The notes: a model not told the origin generated them from the sequence alone. A stretch of 64,000 nt of DNA from Verrucomicrobiota bacterium (GCA_043815125.1 JBDRJH010000198.1:4892-68891), one strand, 5' to 3'. Counted from the stretch's first letter, positions 18,815 to 29,046 are shown. Made by a program: numbers and translations.

Positions 18815-19909
18815 ATGAAAATCCTGCAGATCTTCGGAGTCGTCGCCGCCGTGCACGCCGGACTCTTCCTCTTCCTTTTCGCCGTCCCCGGCTGCCGCTC
18901 CTCCGGCAAGTCCGCCGCCGCGCCCACGCCGCCCGCCACTGTCGACACGCCGCCGGCCTACGCCTACGAGCCGCTGACGCCCTCGCTGGTCGAATCCTCG
19001 CCCGCCTTGGACGACGCCTCGCTCAACCCCGCCATCGCCCCGGCCTACCAGTCCTCGGCCACGCCGACCACCCCCGGCCGCTATGCGCCGAGCCGCCCCG
19101 GCGCCGCGACCACGACCACCACGACCGCGCCCGCCGTCGCCGTGCAACCCGCCGCCACCTACACCGTGGTCAAGGGCGACAGCCTCTGGGGCGTCGCCAA
19201 GAAGCACGGCGTGACCGTCGCCGAGCTGGCCGCCGCCAACAACCTCTCCGACAAGGCCGGCCTGCGCATCGGGCAAAAGCTGATCGTCCCCGGCGGCGAG
19301 CCCGACCTCGCCCCCACCGCCGCCGCGACCGCGTCCGCCCCGGCCGTGAACGGCAAGTCCTACACCGTCATGCCCGGCGACACCCTCAGCGGCATCGCCA
19401 AGAAAAACGGCACCAGCGTCACCGCCCTGCGCGCCGCCAACGGCCTCTCCAGCGACCTGCTCCGCGCCGGTCAGACGCTCATCGTGCCCGTCACCGCCGC
19501 GACCGCCTCCACGACCGCCGCCGCCGCGCCGAAGCCCGCCGCCGCCGGTTCGTTGACCCACACCGTGATGCCCGGCGACACCCTCGGCGCCATCTCCCGC
19601 AAATACAATGTGAGCGTCGGCGAACTCGCCACCGCCAACAACATCACCGACCCGACCCGCATGCGCGCCGGCCAGATCCTCCGGATCCCCGGCTGGCAGA
19701 CCCCGCCCTCCACGGCTTCCCAGCCGGCGGCGGCCACGCCGGCCCCGACTCCCGCGCCCACGCCTTCGGCCTACACGCCCGAGCCGGTCGAGCCCGAGAC
19801 CTTCGTGCCGGTCGAGACCCTGGTGCCCGAGACCGTGGTGCCCGCCCCGATCGACGAGGCCGCCCCCATCGTGCCCGTCGAGACCAGCGAGGCCCCCCGC
19901 TTCAACTGA
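18815..19909 (+). CDS. Lipoprotein with three LysM peptidoglycan-binding repeats and Pro/Thr/Ala-rich linkers.
   Basis: Signal/lipobox-like N-terminus 'LFLFLFAVPGC'. The three LysM units are 'YTVVKGDSLWGVAKKHGVTVAELAAANNL...GQKLIVP', 'YTVMPGDTLSGIAKKNGTSVTALRAANGL...GQTLIVP' and 'HTVMPGDTLGAISRKYNVSVGELATANNI...GQILRIP'. No catalytic domain is recognisable. Confidence 0.85.
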   Translation: MKILQIFGVVAAVHAGLFLFLFAVPGCRSSGKSAAAPTPPATVDTPPAYAYEPLTPSLVESSPALDDASLNPAIAPAYQSSATPTTPGRYAPSRPGAATTTTTTAPAVAVQPAATYTVVKGDSLWGVAKKHGVTVAELAAANNLSDKAGLRIGQKLIVPGGEPDLAPTAAATASAPAVNGKSYTVMPGDTLSGIAKKNGTSVTALRAANGLSSDLLRAGQTLIVPVTAATASTTAAAAPKPAAAGSLTHTVMPGDTLGAISRKYNVSVGELATANNITDPTRMRAGQILRIPGWQTPPSTASQPAAATPAPTPAPTPSAYTPEPVEPETFVPVETLVPETVVPAPIDEAAPIVPVETSEAPRFN

Positions 19910-19978
19910 TCCGGGGACGCGCCGCACTCCGCCCGTTTCTCAACGCTCAACCACCACCGCCGACCCGCCCGCGCCGAC

Positions 19979-21142
19979 ATGGTCCGATCCGACTCCGCGC
20001 CCGTTCCTGAACGGGCGCGCCTCGCCCTCACCGCACCCGCCGTCATCGTGATGTGCTCGGTCGCGCTGGCGATTCTCGGCCTGACCACGTTGTTCAGCGC
20101 CACGATCTCGTTTCAGCAGGGGCCGTTCTCCTACCTCGCCAAGCAGATCGTCGGCATGTTCCTGGCGGTGGGCGCGGCCTGGGTGACCAGCCGGCTCAAT
20201 TTCGACTACCTGCGCAGCCACGTCTGGGTGCTGGCGGCGATCACGATCATCCTGCTCGTCGCGGTGCTGATCCCCGGCATCGGCGTGGAGGTCAAGGGCA
20301 GCCGCCGCTGGCTCGGCCTCGGTCCGCTGCGGTTGCAGATCTCCGAGTTCGCCAAGATCGCGACGGTGTTCTGCCTGGCCCACTACCTGGCGCTCAACCA
20401 GAGCCGCATCGAGTCGTTCAAACACGGCTACGTTCTCCCGCTGCTGATCATCGGCGCGTTCGCCGGCTTCGTGTTTTTGCAACCGGACTTCGGCACCACC
20501 GCGCTGATCGGCGCGGTGGGCCTCATCCTGCTGTTCCTGGCCGGTGCGCGCTGGCGGTTCATCCTGCCGACCATCGCGCTGGGCGGCGCGTTTTTCACCA
20601 TCGCGGTGATGCTCAATGAAAACCGCCTGCGCCGGTTCATGGGTTTTCTGGACTTGGAGGAAAACAAGCTTGGCAGTGGTTATCAGCTCTACCAGTCGTT
20701 GCTGGCCTTCGCCGCCGGCGGATTCGAGGGTGCGGGTCTGGGGCAGGGGCGGCAGCAGATGCACTTTCTGCCGGAGGCGCACACCGACTTCATCTTCGCG
20801 GTCATGGGCGAGGAACTCGGCCTGGTCGCCACGCTCGGCGTGGTCGGCTTGTTCACCGTGATCCTCATCGCCGGCCTCGTGCACCTGCGCAAGGCGCCCA
20901 ACCTCTTCGACTACCTGCTGGTCGCCGGCTGCATCAGCATCATCACGCTCCAGGCCGTCATCAACCTCGGCGTCGTCACCGGACTGCTGCCGACCAAGGG
21001 CATGTCGCTGCCGTTCCTCAGCGCGGGTCTCTCCAACCTCCTGCTCATGGGCATCCTGATCGGCATCATCCTCAACACCCAGCGGCGCTGGTCCAACATC
21101 CGCCTCGGCAACGACCGCCAGTTCGGAGGCTCCCGCCGATGA
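19979..21142 (+). CDS. ftsW: SEDS-family peptidoglycan glycosyltransferase FtsW.
   Basis: Polytopic membrane protein of about 10 TM helices, with 'LQPDFGT' and 'TDFIFAVMGEELG' motifs and dcw-cluster position. Its stop overlaps the murG start (ATGA). Confidence 0.9.
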   Translation: MVRSDSAPVPERARLALTAPAVIVMCSVALAILGLTTLFSATISFQQGPFSYLAKQIVGMFLAVGAAWVTSRLNFDYLRSHVWVLAAITIILLVAVLIPGIGVEVKGSRRWLGLGPLRLQISEFAKIATVFCLAHYLALNQSRIESFKHGYVLPLLIIGAFAGFVFLQPDFGTTALIGAVGLILLFLAGARWRFILPTIALGGAFFTIAVMLNENRLRRFMGFLDLEENKLGSGYQLYQSLLAFAAGGFEGAGLGQGRQQMHFLPEAHTDFIFAVMGEELGLVATLGVVGLFTVILIAGLVHLRKAPNLFDYLLVAGCISIITLQAVINLGVVTGLLPTKGMSLPFLSAGLSNLLLMGILIGIILNTQRRWSNIRLGNDRQFGGSRR

Positions 21143-22233
21143 GCGCCGGCACGGTCGTGCTCCTCTCCTGCGGCGGCACCGGCGGCCACCTCTCGCCCGG
21201 CATCGCCATGGCCGAGGGACTCGCCGCGCGTGGACACACGCCGGTGCTCATCATCAGCCGCAAGAAGGTCGACGCGCGCCTCGTCGAAAAATACCCGCAC
21301 CTGCGCTTCGAGCGCCTGCCGGGCGCGCCGCTGGCGTGGGACCCGCAGGGATTTGTCCGTTTTGTCGTCACGCAGACGCAGGCCTTCGCCGCGGGCGTGA
21401 AACTGGTGCGCTCGCTCAAGCCTGGCGCGGTCGTCGGCTTCGGCGGCTTCACAACCGCGGGGGTCATCATTGCCGGCTGGCTGTTTCGCGTGCCGGTCGC
21501 GTTGCACGAGGCCAACCGCGTGCCCGGCCGCGCCATTCGCACGCTGTCGCGTCTGGCCAAACGCGTCTGGCTGCCGCCGGGCGTTGAACTGCCCGGGGTG
21601 AAGGCCGACAAAATCCGTCCCGCCGGCCTGCCGGTGCGCGCCGAGATCAGCCGCCGCGGGCGCGCCGCCGCCTGTGTCGCGCTGGGGCTGGATCCGGCGT
21701 TCCGGGTGGTCGTCATCTTCGGCGGCAGTCAGGGCGCCGCCTCGCTCAACGACTGGGCGCGTCGCGAGGCCGCCGCGTTCGCCGCCGACGGCGTGCAGAT
21801 CCACTGCGTGACCGGCCTTGGCAACGGCGAACCCGGCGTCGTGGAAAACCCCGGCCCCGGCGGCGCGACCGTGCGCTCGGTGTATTCATCTTTTTGTGAC
21901 ACCGTGGCCGACCTGCTCTCCGCCGCCGACCTCGTCGTGGGCCGCGCCGGCGCCGGCACCATCGCCGAGTGCGTCCGCTGCCGCGCGCCCGCCGTGCTGG
22001 TGCCGTATCCGTTCGCGGCCGACGACCACCAAAAGGCCAACGCCGCCTGGTTCGTCGGGCACGGCGGCGGCGTGCTGTTGCCGCAGGAGCGGCTCGGCGA
22101 ACTGACGGCCGTCGTGCGCGGCGTGATCTTTGACGACGCGAAGCTCGCCGGTTTTCGCGACAACCTCGCCCGTCTCGACGGCGAACACGGTCTCGACGCC
22201 CTGCTCGACGACCTCGACACCCTGCGCCAATGA
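21139..22233 (+). CDS. murG: UDP-N-acetylglucosamine--N-acetylmuramyl-(pentapeptide) pyrophosphoryl-undecaprenol GlcNAc transferase MurG.
   Basis: 'LLSCGGTGGHLSPGIAMAEGL' G-loop, GT28 fold, and 'GRAGAGTIAE' in the C-terminal domain. Confidence 0.9.
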   Translation: MSAGTVVLLSCGGTGGHLSPGIAMAEGLAARGHTPVLIISRKKVDARLVEKYPHLRFERLPGAPLAWDPQGFVRFVVTQTQAFAAGVKLVRSLKPGAVVGFGGFTTAGVIIAGWLFRVPVALHEANRVPGRAIRTLSRLAKRVWLPPGVELPGVKADKIRPAGLPVRAEISRRGRAAACVALGLDPAFRVVVIFGGSQGAASLNDWARREAAAFAADGVQIHCVTGLGNGEPGVVENPGPGGATVRSVYSSFCDTVADLLSAADLVVGRAGAGTIAECVRCRAPAVLVPYPFAADDHQKANAAWFVGHGGGVLLPQERLGELTAVVRGVIFDDAKLAGFRDNLARLDGEHGLDALLDDLDTLRQ

Positions 22234-24575
22234 CCGCCCCCGAACCCGCCCCCTCCGCCAGCCTCCGGCTCTTCGACCGCGACGTGCGCTCCGTGCACGC
22301 GCTCGGCGTCGGCGGCATGGGCCTGGGCCCGCTGGCGATCTACCTCGCCGGTTGCGGTCTGCGGGTGAGCGGCGGCGACGATGGCATGGGCGCGCCGATG
22401 CGCCGCCAGCTGGCGCGCGCGGGTGTGGAGTTGACCGAGTCCGACGTGTTGCCGGCGGGCGTTGATCTGGTGGTGATTTCCTCGGCCATTCATCACGGTC
22501 ATCCGGGGCTGGCGCGCGCCATCGCGCACGGCACGCCGGTGGTGCGTCGCGGCGAGCTGCTCGCGGAGGTCGCCCAGGGCCGCCGGCTCGTCGCGGTGTG
22601 CGGTTCGCACGGCAAGACCACTACCAGCGCGATGCTCGCCCTGGCGTTGCGCGCGGCCGGCGGGGTCAACGGCGACGACGCCGGTTACGTGCTTGGCGGC
22701 CTGCTCGCCGACGACGCGATCCCGCCCGCCCGCGTCGGCTCCGGCGACTGGCTGGTCGCCGAGATCGACGAGAGCGACGGCACCATCAAACACTTCAGCC
22801 CCGAGCTCACCGTGGTCGTGAACCTCGACTGGGATCACCCCGACCACTACCGCCGTCCCGAGGACTTGGAGGCCGCGTTTGCCGGCTTGTTTCAACGCAC
22901 GCGCGGCGACGTGCTTGTGCACGCGGGCTGCGCGTGGTCGTCGCGTGCGCTGGCCGCGGCCGGTCGCGAGGGCGTGACCTTCGGCCCGGGCGGCGACTTC
23001 GCACTCGAGTTGATCGCCGCCGACAACCACGGCCTCAGTCTGCGGCTCGGTGGACGCTTCGCGGCCAACGCCGCCAAGGTGCGCGCGTGGGGCGAGTTCA
23101 ATGCGCTCAACGCGGTCGCCGCCGGCGCGGCGGCGTCGCTCATGGGCGTCGCGTGGCGGCAGGATTTGTTGGCGTCGTTTCCCGGCGTGCGCCGTCGCCA
23201 GACCGTGCTGGCCGCCGATCCCGGCGTGACCGTGATCGAGGACTACGCGCACCATCCGGCCGAGATCCGTGCGCTGCTCGCGGGCTTGCGCGACCGGCAG
23301 GGCGGGGGAGCGCTGCGCGTGGTGTTTCAACCGCATCGCTTCAGCCGCACGCGCCAGTTCAAAGAAGAGTTTGCCAAGGCGCTCTCGGTCGCGGGCGTGG
23401 CCGAGTTGGTTTTGCTGGAGGTTTACGGCGCGGGCGAGGCGCCTATCGAAGGCGGCACCACCGCCGACCTCGCCGCATGTGTGCGGAACCTCGCGCCCGA
23501 CCTGCCGCTGACCGTCGCGGTCGCCGGCGAGGAAGCCGCGGCGCTCGCCGCGTTGGGCGCTCGGGTTGTCGACGGCGACCTGGTGGCCTTCGTGGGCGCG
23601 GGCGACATCGAGACCTTTGGCCGTCGCTGGGCGGCGGGCCGGCGCTGGGATGCGTTGGCGGCGACGTTGGCCGCGGCGGTTTCGACCGAGACGCCGATCA
23701 AGCGCGAGGAGCCGCTCGGCCCCAAGACCACCATGCGCGTCGGCGGCGCGGCGCGGCTCTACGCGGAGCCGGCGGGCGCGGCGGATTTGCAGGCGTTGTT
23801 GCGCGCGGCCAAGGCCGCCGGCGTGCCGGTGTGGCTGCTTGGCCGCGGGTCCAATCTCATCGTGGTCGATGAGGGCGTGGACGGCCTGGTCGTCAGCCTG
23901 CGGCACGCGGCGTGGGCGGGCTTCGAGCCGTTGCCCGACGGCTGCGTGCGCGTCGGCGCGGGCCTGCGTTTGAAGGAGCTTTGCGGCAAGGCGATCAAGG
24001 CCGGCCTGGGCGGCTTCGAGTTTTTGGAAGGCATCCCGGGCAACGTCGGCGGGGCGCTGCGCATGAACGCCGGCGCGATGGGCGGGTGGATGTTCGACGT
24101 CGTCGTGTCGGTCGACCTGATGACGCTGGCCGGCGAGCCGCTTACCCTGCGCCGGGAGGACATGCACGTCGGCTACCGGCATTGTCACGAACTGGAGTCG
24201 GCCATCGCCATCGGCGCGGTGCTGCGGCCCTCGGCCGCGAAGCACTCCGACGAGGTCTCGCTCCAGGTCGACGTCTACCGCGACAAGCGCAAGAGTTCCC
24301 AGCCGCGCGAGCCGAGCGCGGGTTGCATTTTCAAGAACCCCGAGGGCGATTCCGCCGGCCGCCTGATCGACACCGCCGGCCTCAAGGGCGAGCGGGTGGG
24401 GGACGCCGAGGTCTCGCCGGTGCACGCCAACTTCATCGTCAACCACGGCGACGCCACCGCCGCCGACATCATCGCGCTCGTCCGCCGGGTGCGCGCCCGG
24501 GTCAAGACGGCCCACGGCGTGCTCTTGGAACCCGAGGCGCTCCTCTACGGCCGCGACTGGCCCGACGTGCTCTGA
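22230..24575 (+). CDS. murC: Bifunctional fusion of UDP-N-acetylmuramate--L-alanine ligase (MurC, N-terminal) and UDP-N-acetylenolpyruvoylglucosamine reductase (MurB, C-terminal).
   Basis: Single 781-aa ORF. The N-terminal half has 'GVGGMGLGPLAIYL' and the P-loop 'CGSHGKTTTSAM'. From about aa 480, 'EPLGPKTTMRVGGAARLY...LGRGSNLIV...GCIFKNP' gives the MurB FAD-binding (PCMH) and C-terminal signatures. There is no stop or frame change between the halves. Confidence 0.9.
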   Translation: MTAPEPAPSASLRLFDRDVRSVHALGVGGMGLGPLAIYLAGCGLRVSGGDDGMGAPMRRQLARAGVELTESDVLPAGVDLVVISSAIHHGHPGLARAIAHGTPVVRRGELLAEVAQGRRLVAVCGSHGKTTTSAMLALALRAAGGVNGDDAGYVLGGLLADDAIPPARVGSGDWLVAEIDESDGTIKHFSPELTVVVNLDWDHPDHYRRPEDLEAAFAGLFQRTRGDVLVHAGCAWSSRALAAAGREGVTFGPGGDFALELIAADNHGLSLRLGGRFAANAAKVRAWGEFNALNAVAAGAAASLMGVAWRQDLLASFPGVRRRQTVLAADPGVTVIEDYAHHPAEIRALLAGLRDRQGGGALRVVFQPHRFSRTRQFKEEFAKALSVAGVAELVLLEVYGAGEAPIEGGTTADLAACVRNLAPDLPLTVAVAGEEAAALAALGARVVDGDLVAFVGAGDIETFGRRWAAGRRWDALAATLAAAVSTETPIKREEPLGPKTTMRVGGAARLYAEPAGAADLQALLRAAKAAGVPVWLLGRGSNLIVVDEGVDGLVVSLRHAAWAGFEPLPDGCVRVGAGLRLKELCGKAIKAGLGGFEFLEGIPGNVGGALRMNAGAMGGWMFDVVVSVDLMTLAGEPLTLRREDMHVGYRHCHELESAIAIGAVLRPSAAKHSDEVSLQVDVYRDKRKSSQPREPSAGCIFKNPEGDSAGRLIDTAGLKGERVGDAEVSPVHANFIVNHGDATAADIIALVRRVRARVKTAHGVLLEPEALLYGRDWPDVL

Positions 24576-24613
24576 ACAACCCGCTGCGAACTCTCCGCGT
24601 TCAACTCCCGACC

Positions 24614-25552
24614 ATGCCCACCACTCCCATCATCACGGTCCTTTGCGGCGGCGTCTCGCCCGAGCGCGAGGTCTCGCTCGGCTCCGGCCTGGCCTCGGCG
24701 GTGGCGCTGGCCCGCCTCTGGCCGACGCGGTTGGTGCGCATCGACACGGCCGCGTTGCCCGCGGGGCTGGACCCGGACCGCGACGTGGTTTACTCGACGT
24801 TGCACGGCACCTTCGGCGAGGACGGCGGCATGCAGGCGCTGCTCGACGAGGCGGGCTTTCACTACGCCGGCTGCCGCGCCGACTCCAGCGCGTTGACCAT
24901 GGACAAGAGCCGCACCAAGGCCGCCTGCGCCGCCGCCGGCGTGCGCGTGGCCGCCGAGCTGACCTTTTCCGCCGACGCCAAGCCCTCCGCCGACACCGTC
25001 GCCGACACCCTCGGCGAGCGCGTCGTCATCAAGCCCAACGACCAGGGCAGCAGCGTCGGTCTCGTGCTCGCCACCGGCCGCGCCGAGATCGCCGCCGGCC
25101 TCGCCACCATCACCGCCGGCAACTGGCTCGCCGAGCCCTGGCTCAAGGGCCGCGAACTCTCCATCGGCGTGCTCGCCGGCAAGGCCCTCGGCGTCGTCGA
25201 GATCCGCCCCAGGTCCGGCGTCTACGACTTCACCAGCAAATACACCAAGGGCATGACCGAGTATCTCGCGCCCGCCCCGCTGGAGGCCGAGGCCACCGAA
25301 AACGTGCGCCGCGCCGCCGAGTGCGCCTTCGCCGCCTGCGGCTGCCGCGACTACGCCCGCGTCGACTTCATGCTTTGCGGCCGCGACGAGCTTTATTTGC
25401 TCGAAATAAACACCCTCCCCGGCATGAAGGAAACCAGCCTGCTGCCGATGAGCGCACGTTGCGCGGGATACGATTTTACCGACCTGGTCCGGGAACTGGT
25501 CAGCCCGGCCGTGCAACGTTTCCGGGAGGGGCTCCAATCCGAAAACCCATGA
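24614..25552 (+). CDS. ddl: D-alanine--D-alanine ligase.
   Basis: In-frame tail of ORF 23912..25552 from ATG 24614 ('MPTTPIITVLCGGVSPEREVSLGSG'). ATP-grasp fold with 'LLEINTLPGM'. Confidence 0.9.
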   Translation: MPTTPIITVLCGGVSPEREVSLGSGLASAVALARLWPTRLVRIDTAALPAGLDPDRDVVYSTLHGTFGEDGGMQALLDEAGFHYAGCRADSSALTMDKSRTKAACAAAGVRVAAELTFSADAKPSADTVADTLGERVVIKPNDQGSSVGLVLATGRAEIAAGLATITAGNWLAEPWLKGRELSIGVLAGKALGVVEIRPRSGVYDFTSKYTKGMTEYLAPAPLEAEATENVRRAAECAFAACGCRDYARVDFMLCGRDELYLLEINTLPGMKETSLLPMSARCAGYDFTDLVRELVSPAVQRFREGLQSENP

Positions 25553-26544
25553 GTTCAGCCCCCGCCAAAACCAACCGCACCCGCACGTGGCGCGACATCC
25601 AGCAGGACGTCGCACCCCGCTCGATGTCGCGCGAGGGCAAGAAGCGTCACCGGCTGGCCTCCCTGCGCGTCTTCCTCTGCCTCGTGCTCGCCGGGGCGGC
25701 CGGGTGGGGCGGCTACGAAATCTGGAAGGCCACCCGCGGTTCCCCGACCGGCCTCGCCGCGGCCAGCCAAAGCGAACCCCTTCGGGAAATCCTGCTCAAG
25801 ACCGACGGCGTGCTCGACCTCGCCCGCATCGAGTCCGTGCTCGGCATCCCGCCCGGCACGCCGCTGATGAATCTCGACCTGGCCGCCCTGCACCGCGCCC
25901 TCGTCGCCTCCGGCCAGGTGCGCACCGCCGTGCTCGCCCGCCAGTTTCCCGACAAGCTCACCGTCACCATCGAGGAGCGCACCCCCGTCCTCCGCGTGGT
26001 CGTGCGCGGCGACGACGGCGCGCCCGCCGCCCTGCTCGTCGCTCGCGACGGCACCGTGTATGCGGGCAACGGATACGATCGCTCGCTGGTCGTCTCCCTG
26101 CCCTACCTCGACGGGGTCCGCCTCGTCCGCGACGCCGCCGGCTACCAGCCCGTGCGCGGCATGGAGACCGTGGCCGACCTGCTCGGCACCGCGCTCGCCG
26201 GCGTGCCCGCCCTTTACCGCGACTTCCAGGTCGTCTCGCTCGCCCGCTTCGCCACCGACGGCGAGATCGTCGTGAAGACCTCACAGGTCGAGTCGGTCAC
26301 CTTCGGCACCCGCGAGGACTTCTACCGCCAGCTCGCCAAGCTCGATCTTATCCTCGACGAGATGCGCCGGCCCGCCGGCGCCGCGCCCATCAAGGCCATC
26401 AACCTCGCCGTCGGCGGCCGCCAGGTGCCCGTTTCGCTGGCCGACGCCGCCTCCGCGCCCGCGGCGACCACCCGCCAGCCCGCCGCCCCGACCTTCTTCC
26501 ATTCCTCGCAAACCGCCCCCGCCACCCGCACCCGTGATTTCTAA
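25549..26544 (+). CDS. ftsQ: Cell division protein FtsQ (POTRA domain).
   Basis: In-frame tail of ORF 24643..26544 from ATG 25549, which overlaps the ddl stop as ATGA. It has one TM helix ('LRVFLCLVLAGAAGWGGY') and a POTRA-like segment 'LTVTIEERTPVLRVV'. Confidence 0.8.
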   Translation: MSSAPAKTNRTRTWRDIQQDVAPRSMSREGKKRHRLASLRVFLCLVLAGAAGWGGYEIWKATRGSPTGLAAASQSEPLREILLKTDGVLDLARIESVLGIPPGTPLMNLDLAALHRALVASGQVRTAVLARQFPDKLTVTIEERTPVLRVVVRGDDGAPAALLVARDGTVYAGNGYDRSLVVSLPYLDGVRLVRDAAGYQPVRGMETVADLLGTALAGVPALYRDFQVVSLARFATDGEIVVKTSQVESVTFGTREDFYRQLAKLDLILDEMRRPAGAAPIKAINLAVGGRQVPVSLADAASAPAATTRQPAAPTFFHSSQTAPATRTRDF

Positions 26545-27736
26545 ATCCAAGTTCATCGGCGCCGTCGAAATCGGCACCTCCAAGGTCACCGTCCTGGTCG
26601 GCGAACTCACCAACGGACGCAGCCTCCACATCATCGGCCTCGGCCAGTTCCCCTCGCGCGGCGTCATCAAGGGCAGCGTGGTCGACTTCAAGGCCGCCAG
26701 CGACGCCACCCACCGCGCCCTGCTCGACGCCGAGAAACGCGCCGGCGTTCACATCGACGAGGTCTACCTCGCCCAGAGCGGCGGCCACATCGACGGCTTC
26801 TACAACGAGGCCACGGTCAATGTCGCCGCCGCCGACAACATGGTCAGCCAGGTCGACATCGACACCGTCTGCAAGCTGGCCATGTCCAAAAACCTCCCGG
26901 CCGGCCGCATCGTCGTCCACCACCTGCGCCGCCCCTACCGCCTCGACGGCCGCCTCGTGCCCGAGCCCGAGCACCTCGTCGGCCGCCGCCTCGAGGCCGC
27001 CTACTGGACCGTCCACGGTGAGGAGAGCAAGGTCGCCGACCAGATGCACGTCATCCGCGGCTTCAATATCCACGTCTCCGAACTCATCCTCAGCGGCATC
27101 GCCACCGGCACCTTCGTCACCACCCCCGAGGACCGGCAAAACGGCGTGCTCGTCATCGACATCGGCGCCGGCACCACCGACTACGCCCTCTACCGCGACG
27201 GCTGCGTGCAGATCGCCGGCGTCGTGCCCGTCGGCGGCTCCCACCTCACCAACGATCTCGCCCTCGGCCTCCGCCTGACCGAGGGGCAGGCTGAGAAACT
27301 CAAGCACCTCTACGGCCGCGCCATGGTCGCCACCAAGGACAAGGCCGAAAAAGTCTGGCTCAACGGCGACTACGCCATCGGCGACCGCCAGTTCCCCCGC
27401 CAGACCATCGAGCAAATCACCTCCGTGCGCGCCTGGGAAATCTTCGAGGTCGTGCGCAAAAAGCTCGGCTCCGCCTTCACCGCCGACACCACCGCGGCCG
27501 GCGTGCTCATCACCGGCGGCACCGCCAAGCTCCCCGCCATCGACGAGGCCGCCTCGCGCGTCTTCGGCCTCCAGGCCCGCGTGGCCGAGGCCCCCGCCTG
27601 GGTCGCCGAAAACCTCCGCGATCCCGGCTACAGCACCGTGCTCGGCCTGCTGCACCACGGACTCAGCTCCCGCGCCGAGTCCGCCGCGCCCCGCCGCGAA
27701 GGCGTCGGCGGCATCCTCAAAAAACTCTTCGCCTAA
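26534..27736 (+). CDS. ftsA: Cell division protein FtsA (actin-like ATPase).
   Basis: 'GAVEIGTSKVTVLVGE' phosphate-1 motif and 'VIDIGAGTTDYAL' phosphate-2 motif. It sits between ftsQ and ftsZ. Confidence 0.9.
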   Translation: MISKSKFIGAVEIGTSKVTVLVGELTNGRSLHIIGLGQFPSRGVIKGSVVDFKAASDATHRALLDAEKRAGVHIDEVYLAQSGGHIDGFYNEATVNVAAADNMVSQVDIDTVCKLAMSKNLPAGRIVVHHLRRPYRLDGRLVPEPEHLVGRRLEAAYWTVHGEESKVADQMHVIRGFNIHVSELILSGIATGTFVTTPEDRQNGVLVIDIGAGTTDYALYRDGCVQIAGVVPVGGSHLTNDLALGLRLTEGQAEKLKHLYGRAMVATKDKAEKVWLNGDYAIGDRQFPRQTIEQITSVRAWEIFEVVRKKLGSAFTADTTAAGVLITGGTAKLPAIDEAASRVFGLQARVAEAPAWVAENLRDPGYSTVLGLLHHGLSSRAESAAPRREGVGGILKKLFA

Positions 27737-27741
27737 ACGCC

Positions 27742-29040
27742 ATGCGGCCCGACTCCACCTCCACCGAGCTGCCCCTCGCGCACTCCATTCTCACCGACCG
27801 CTCCGTCGCGATCAAAGTCCTCGGCGTCGGCGGCGCCGGCTCCAACGCCGTCGACCGGCTCAAGATGGAGAACCTCGACCGCCTGCAAATGGCCGCGCTC
27901 AACACCGACCTGCAGGCCCTCGGCGAATCCCCGCTTCAGGAAAAAATCCTCATCGGCTCCAGCGTCACCCGCGGCCTCGGCGCCGGCGGCGACCCCGACC
28001 TCGGCCGCGAGGCCGCCGAGGCCGACCGCGAAAAAATCGCCGCGGCCGTCAAGGACTGCGACCTCGTTTTCCTCGTCGCCGGCATGGGTGGCGGCACCGG
28101 CAGCGGCGCCGCGCCCACCGTCGCCGAGATCGCCGCCGAGCAGGGCGCGCTGGTCATCGCCTTCGTCACCTTGCCCTTCAGCTTCGAGGGCGGCCACCGC
28201 GCCCAGCAGGCCGAGGCCGGCCTTCAGGCCCTGCGCAAGGTCTGCGACGCCGTCATCCCGCTGCCCAACGACATCCTCCTGCAGGAAGCCGAGGAAAACG
28301 AAACCGCCCTCGACTCCTTCGCCCGCGCCGACGAATGGATCGGCCGCGGCATCAAGTCCATCTGGTCGATGCTCTTCCGCACCGGCCTGATCAACCTCGA
28401 CTTCGCCACCCTGCGCCAGGCCTTCCACACCCGCGGCGGCAAGACTCTCTTTGGGCTCGGCTGCGGCGAAGGCCCCGACGCCGTCGCGCAGGCCGTCGAC
28501 GGACTCAAGCTCTGCCCGCTGCTCGCCACGCCCGAGTTTGCCCGCAAGGCCGACCGCCTGCTCGTCAACATCGTCGGCGGCACCGACCTCACCCTGCCCA
28601 AAGTCAACGAGATCATGACCGCCGTCACCGGGCAGTTCGGCCGCGACGCCCACGTCATCATGGGCGCCGTCATCGACGAGGACCTGCAGGGCCGCATCGA
28701 GGTCGTCGTGCTCGGCACCAGCGATATCGGCGCGCGCAACTACGCCGGCCGCCGGCCCGCCGCCCGCGGACGCTCCGCCCCGCCGCCCTCGACCGACGAG
28801 CTCATCCCGGTCCCCGCCGACGAGCCGGTCACCCGCGCCGTGAACACCCCGCCCGTCGCGACCAGCGCCGCCACCCGGGCCGTGCACAAAAGCGGGCGCG
28901 TGCCCGCCGACCAGGACGAGTTCCGCTTCGGCCAGTTGGAGGCCCGCGGCACCTTCGAGCAGACCGACCGCAACCTCTTTGAAGGCCAGGACCTCGACGT
29001 GCCCACCTACCTGCGCAAAGGCATCAAGATCGCGCTATGA
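27742..29040 (+). CDS. ftsZ: Cell division GTPase FtsZ.
   Basis: '[14 protein letters not shown]', the tubulin signature '[18 protein letters not shown]', and the conserved C-terminal peptide '[14 protein letters not shown]'. Confidence 0.95.
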   Translation: MRPDSTSTELPLAHSILTDRSVAIKVLGVGGAGSNAVDRLKMENLDRLQMAALNTDLQALGESPLQEKILIGSSVTRGLGAGGDPDLGREAAEADREKIAAAVKDCDLVFLVAGMGGGTGSGAAPTVAEIAAEQGALVIAFVTLPFSFEGGHRAQQAEAGLQALRKVCDAVIPLPNDILLQEAEENETALDSFARADEWIGRGIKSIWSMLFRTGLINLDFATLRQAFHTRGGKTLFGLGCGEGPDAVAQAVDGLKLCPLLATPEFARKADRLLVNIVGGTDLTLPKVNEIMTAVTGQFGRDAHVIMGAVIDEDLQGRIEVVVLGTSDIGARNYAGRRPAARGRSAPPPSTDELIPVPADEPVTRAVNTPPVATSAATRAVHKSGRVPADQDEFRFGQLEARGTFEQTDRNLFEGQDLDVPTYLRKGIKIAL

Positions 29041-29046
29041 GCGCAT

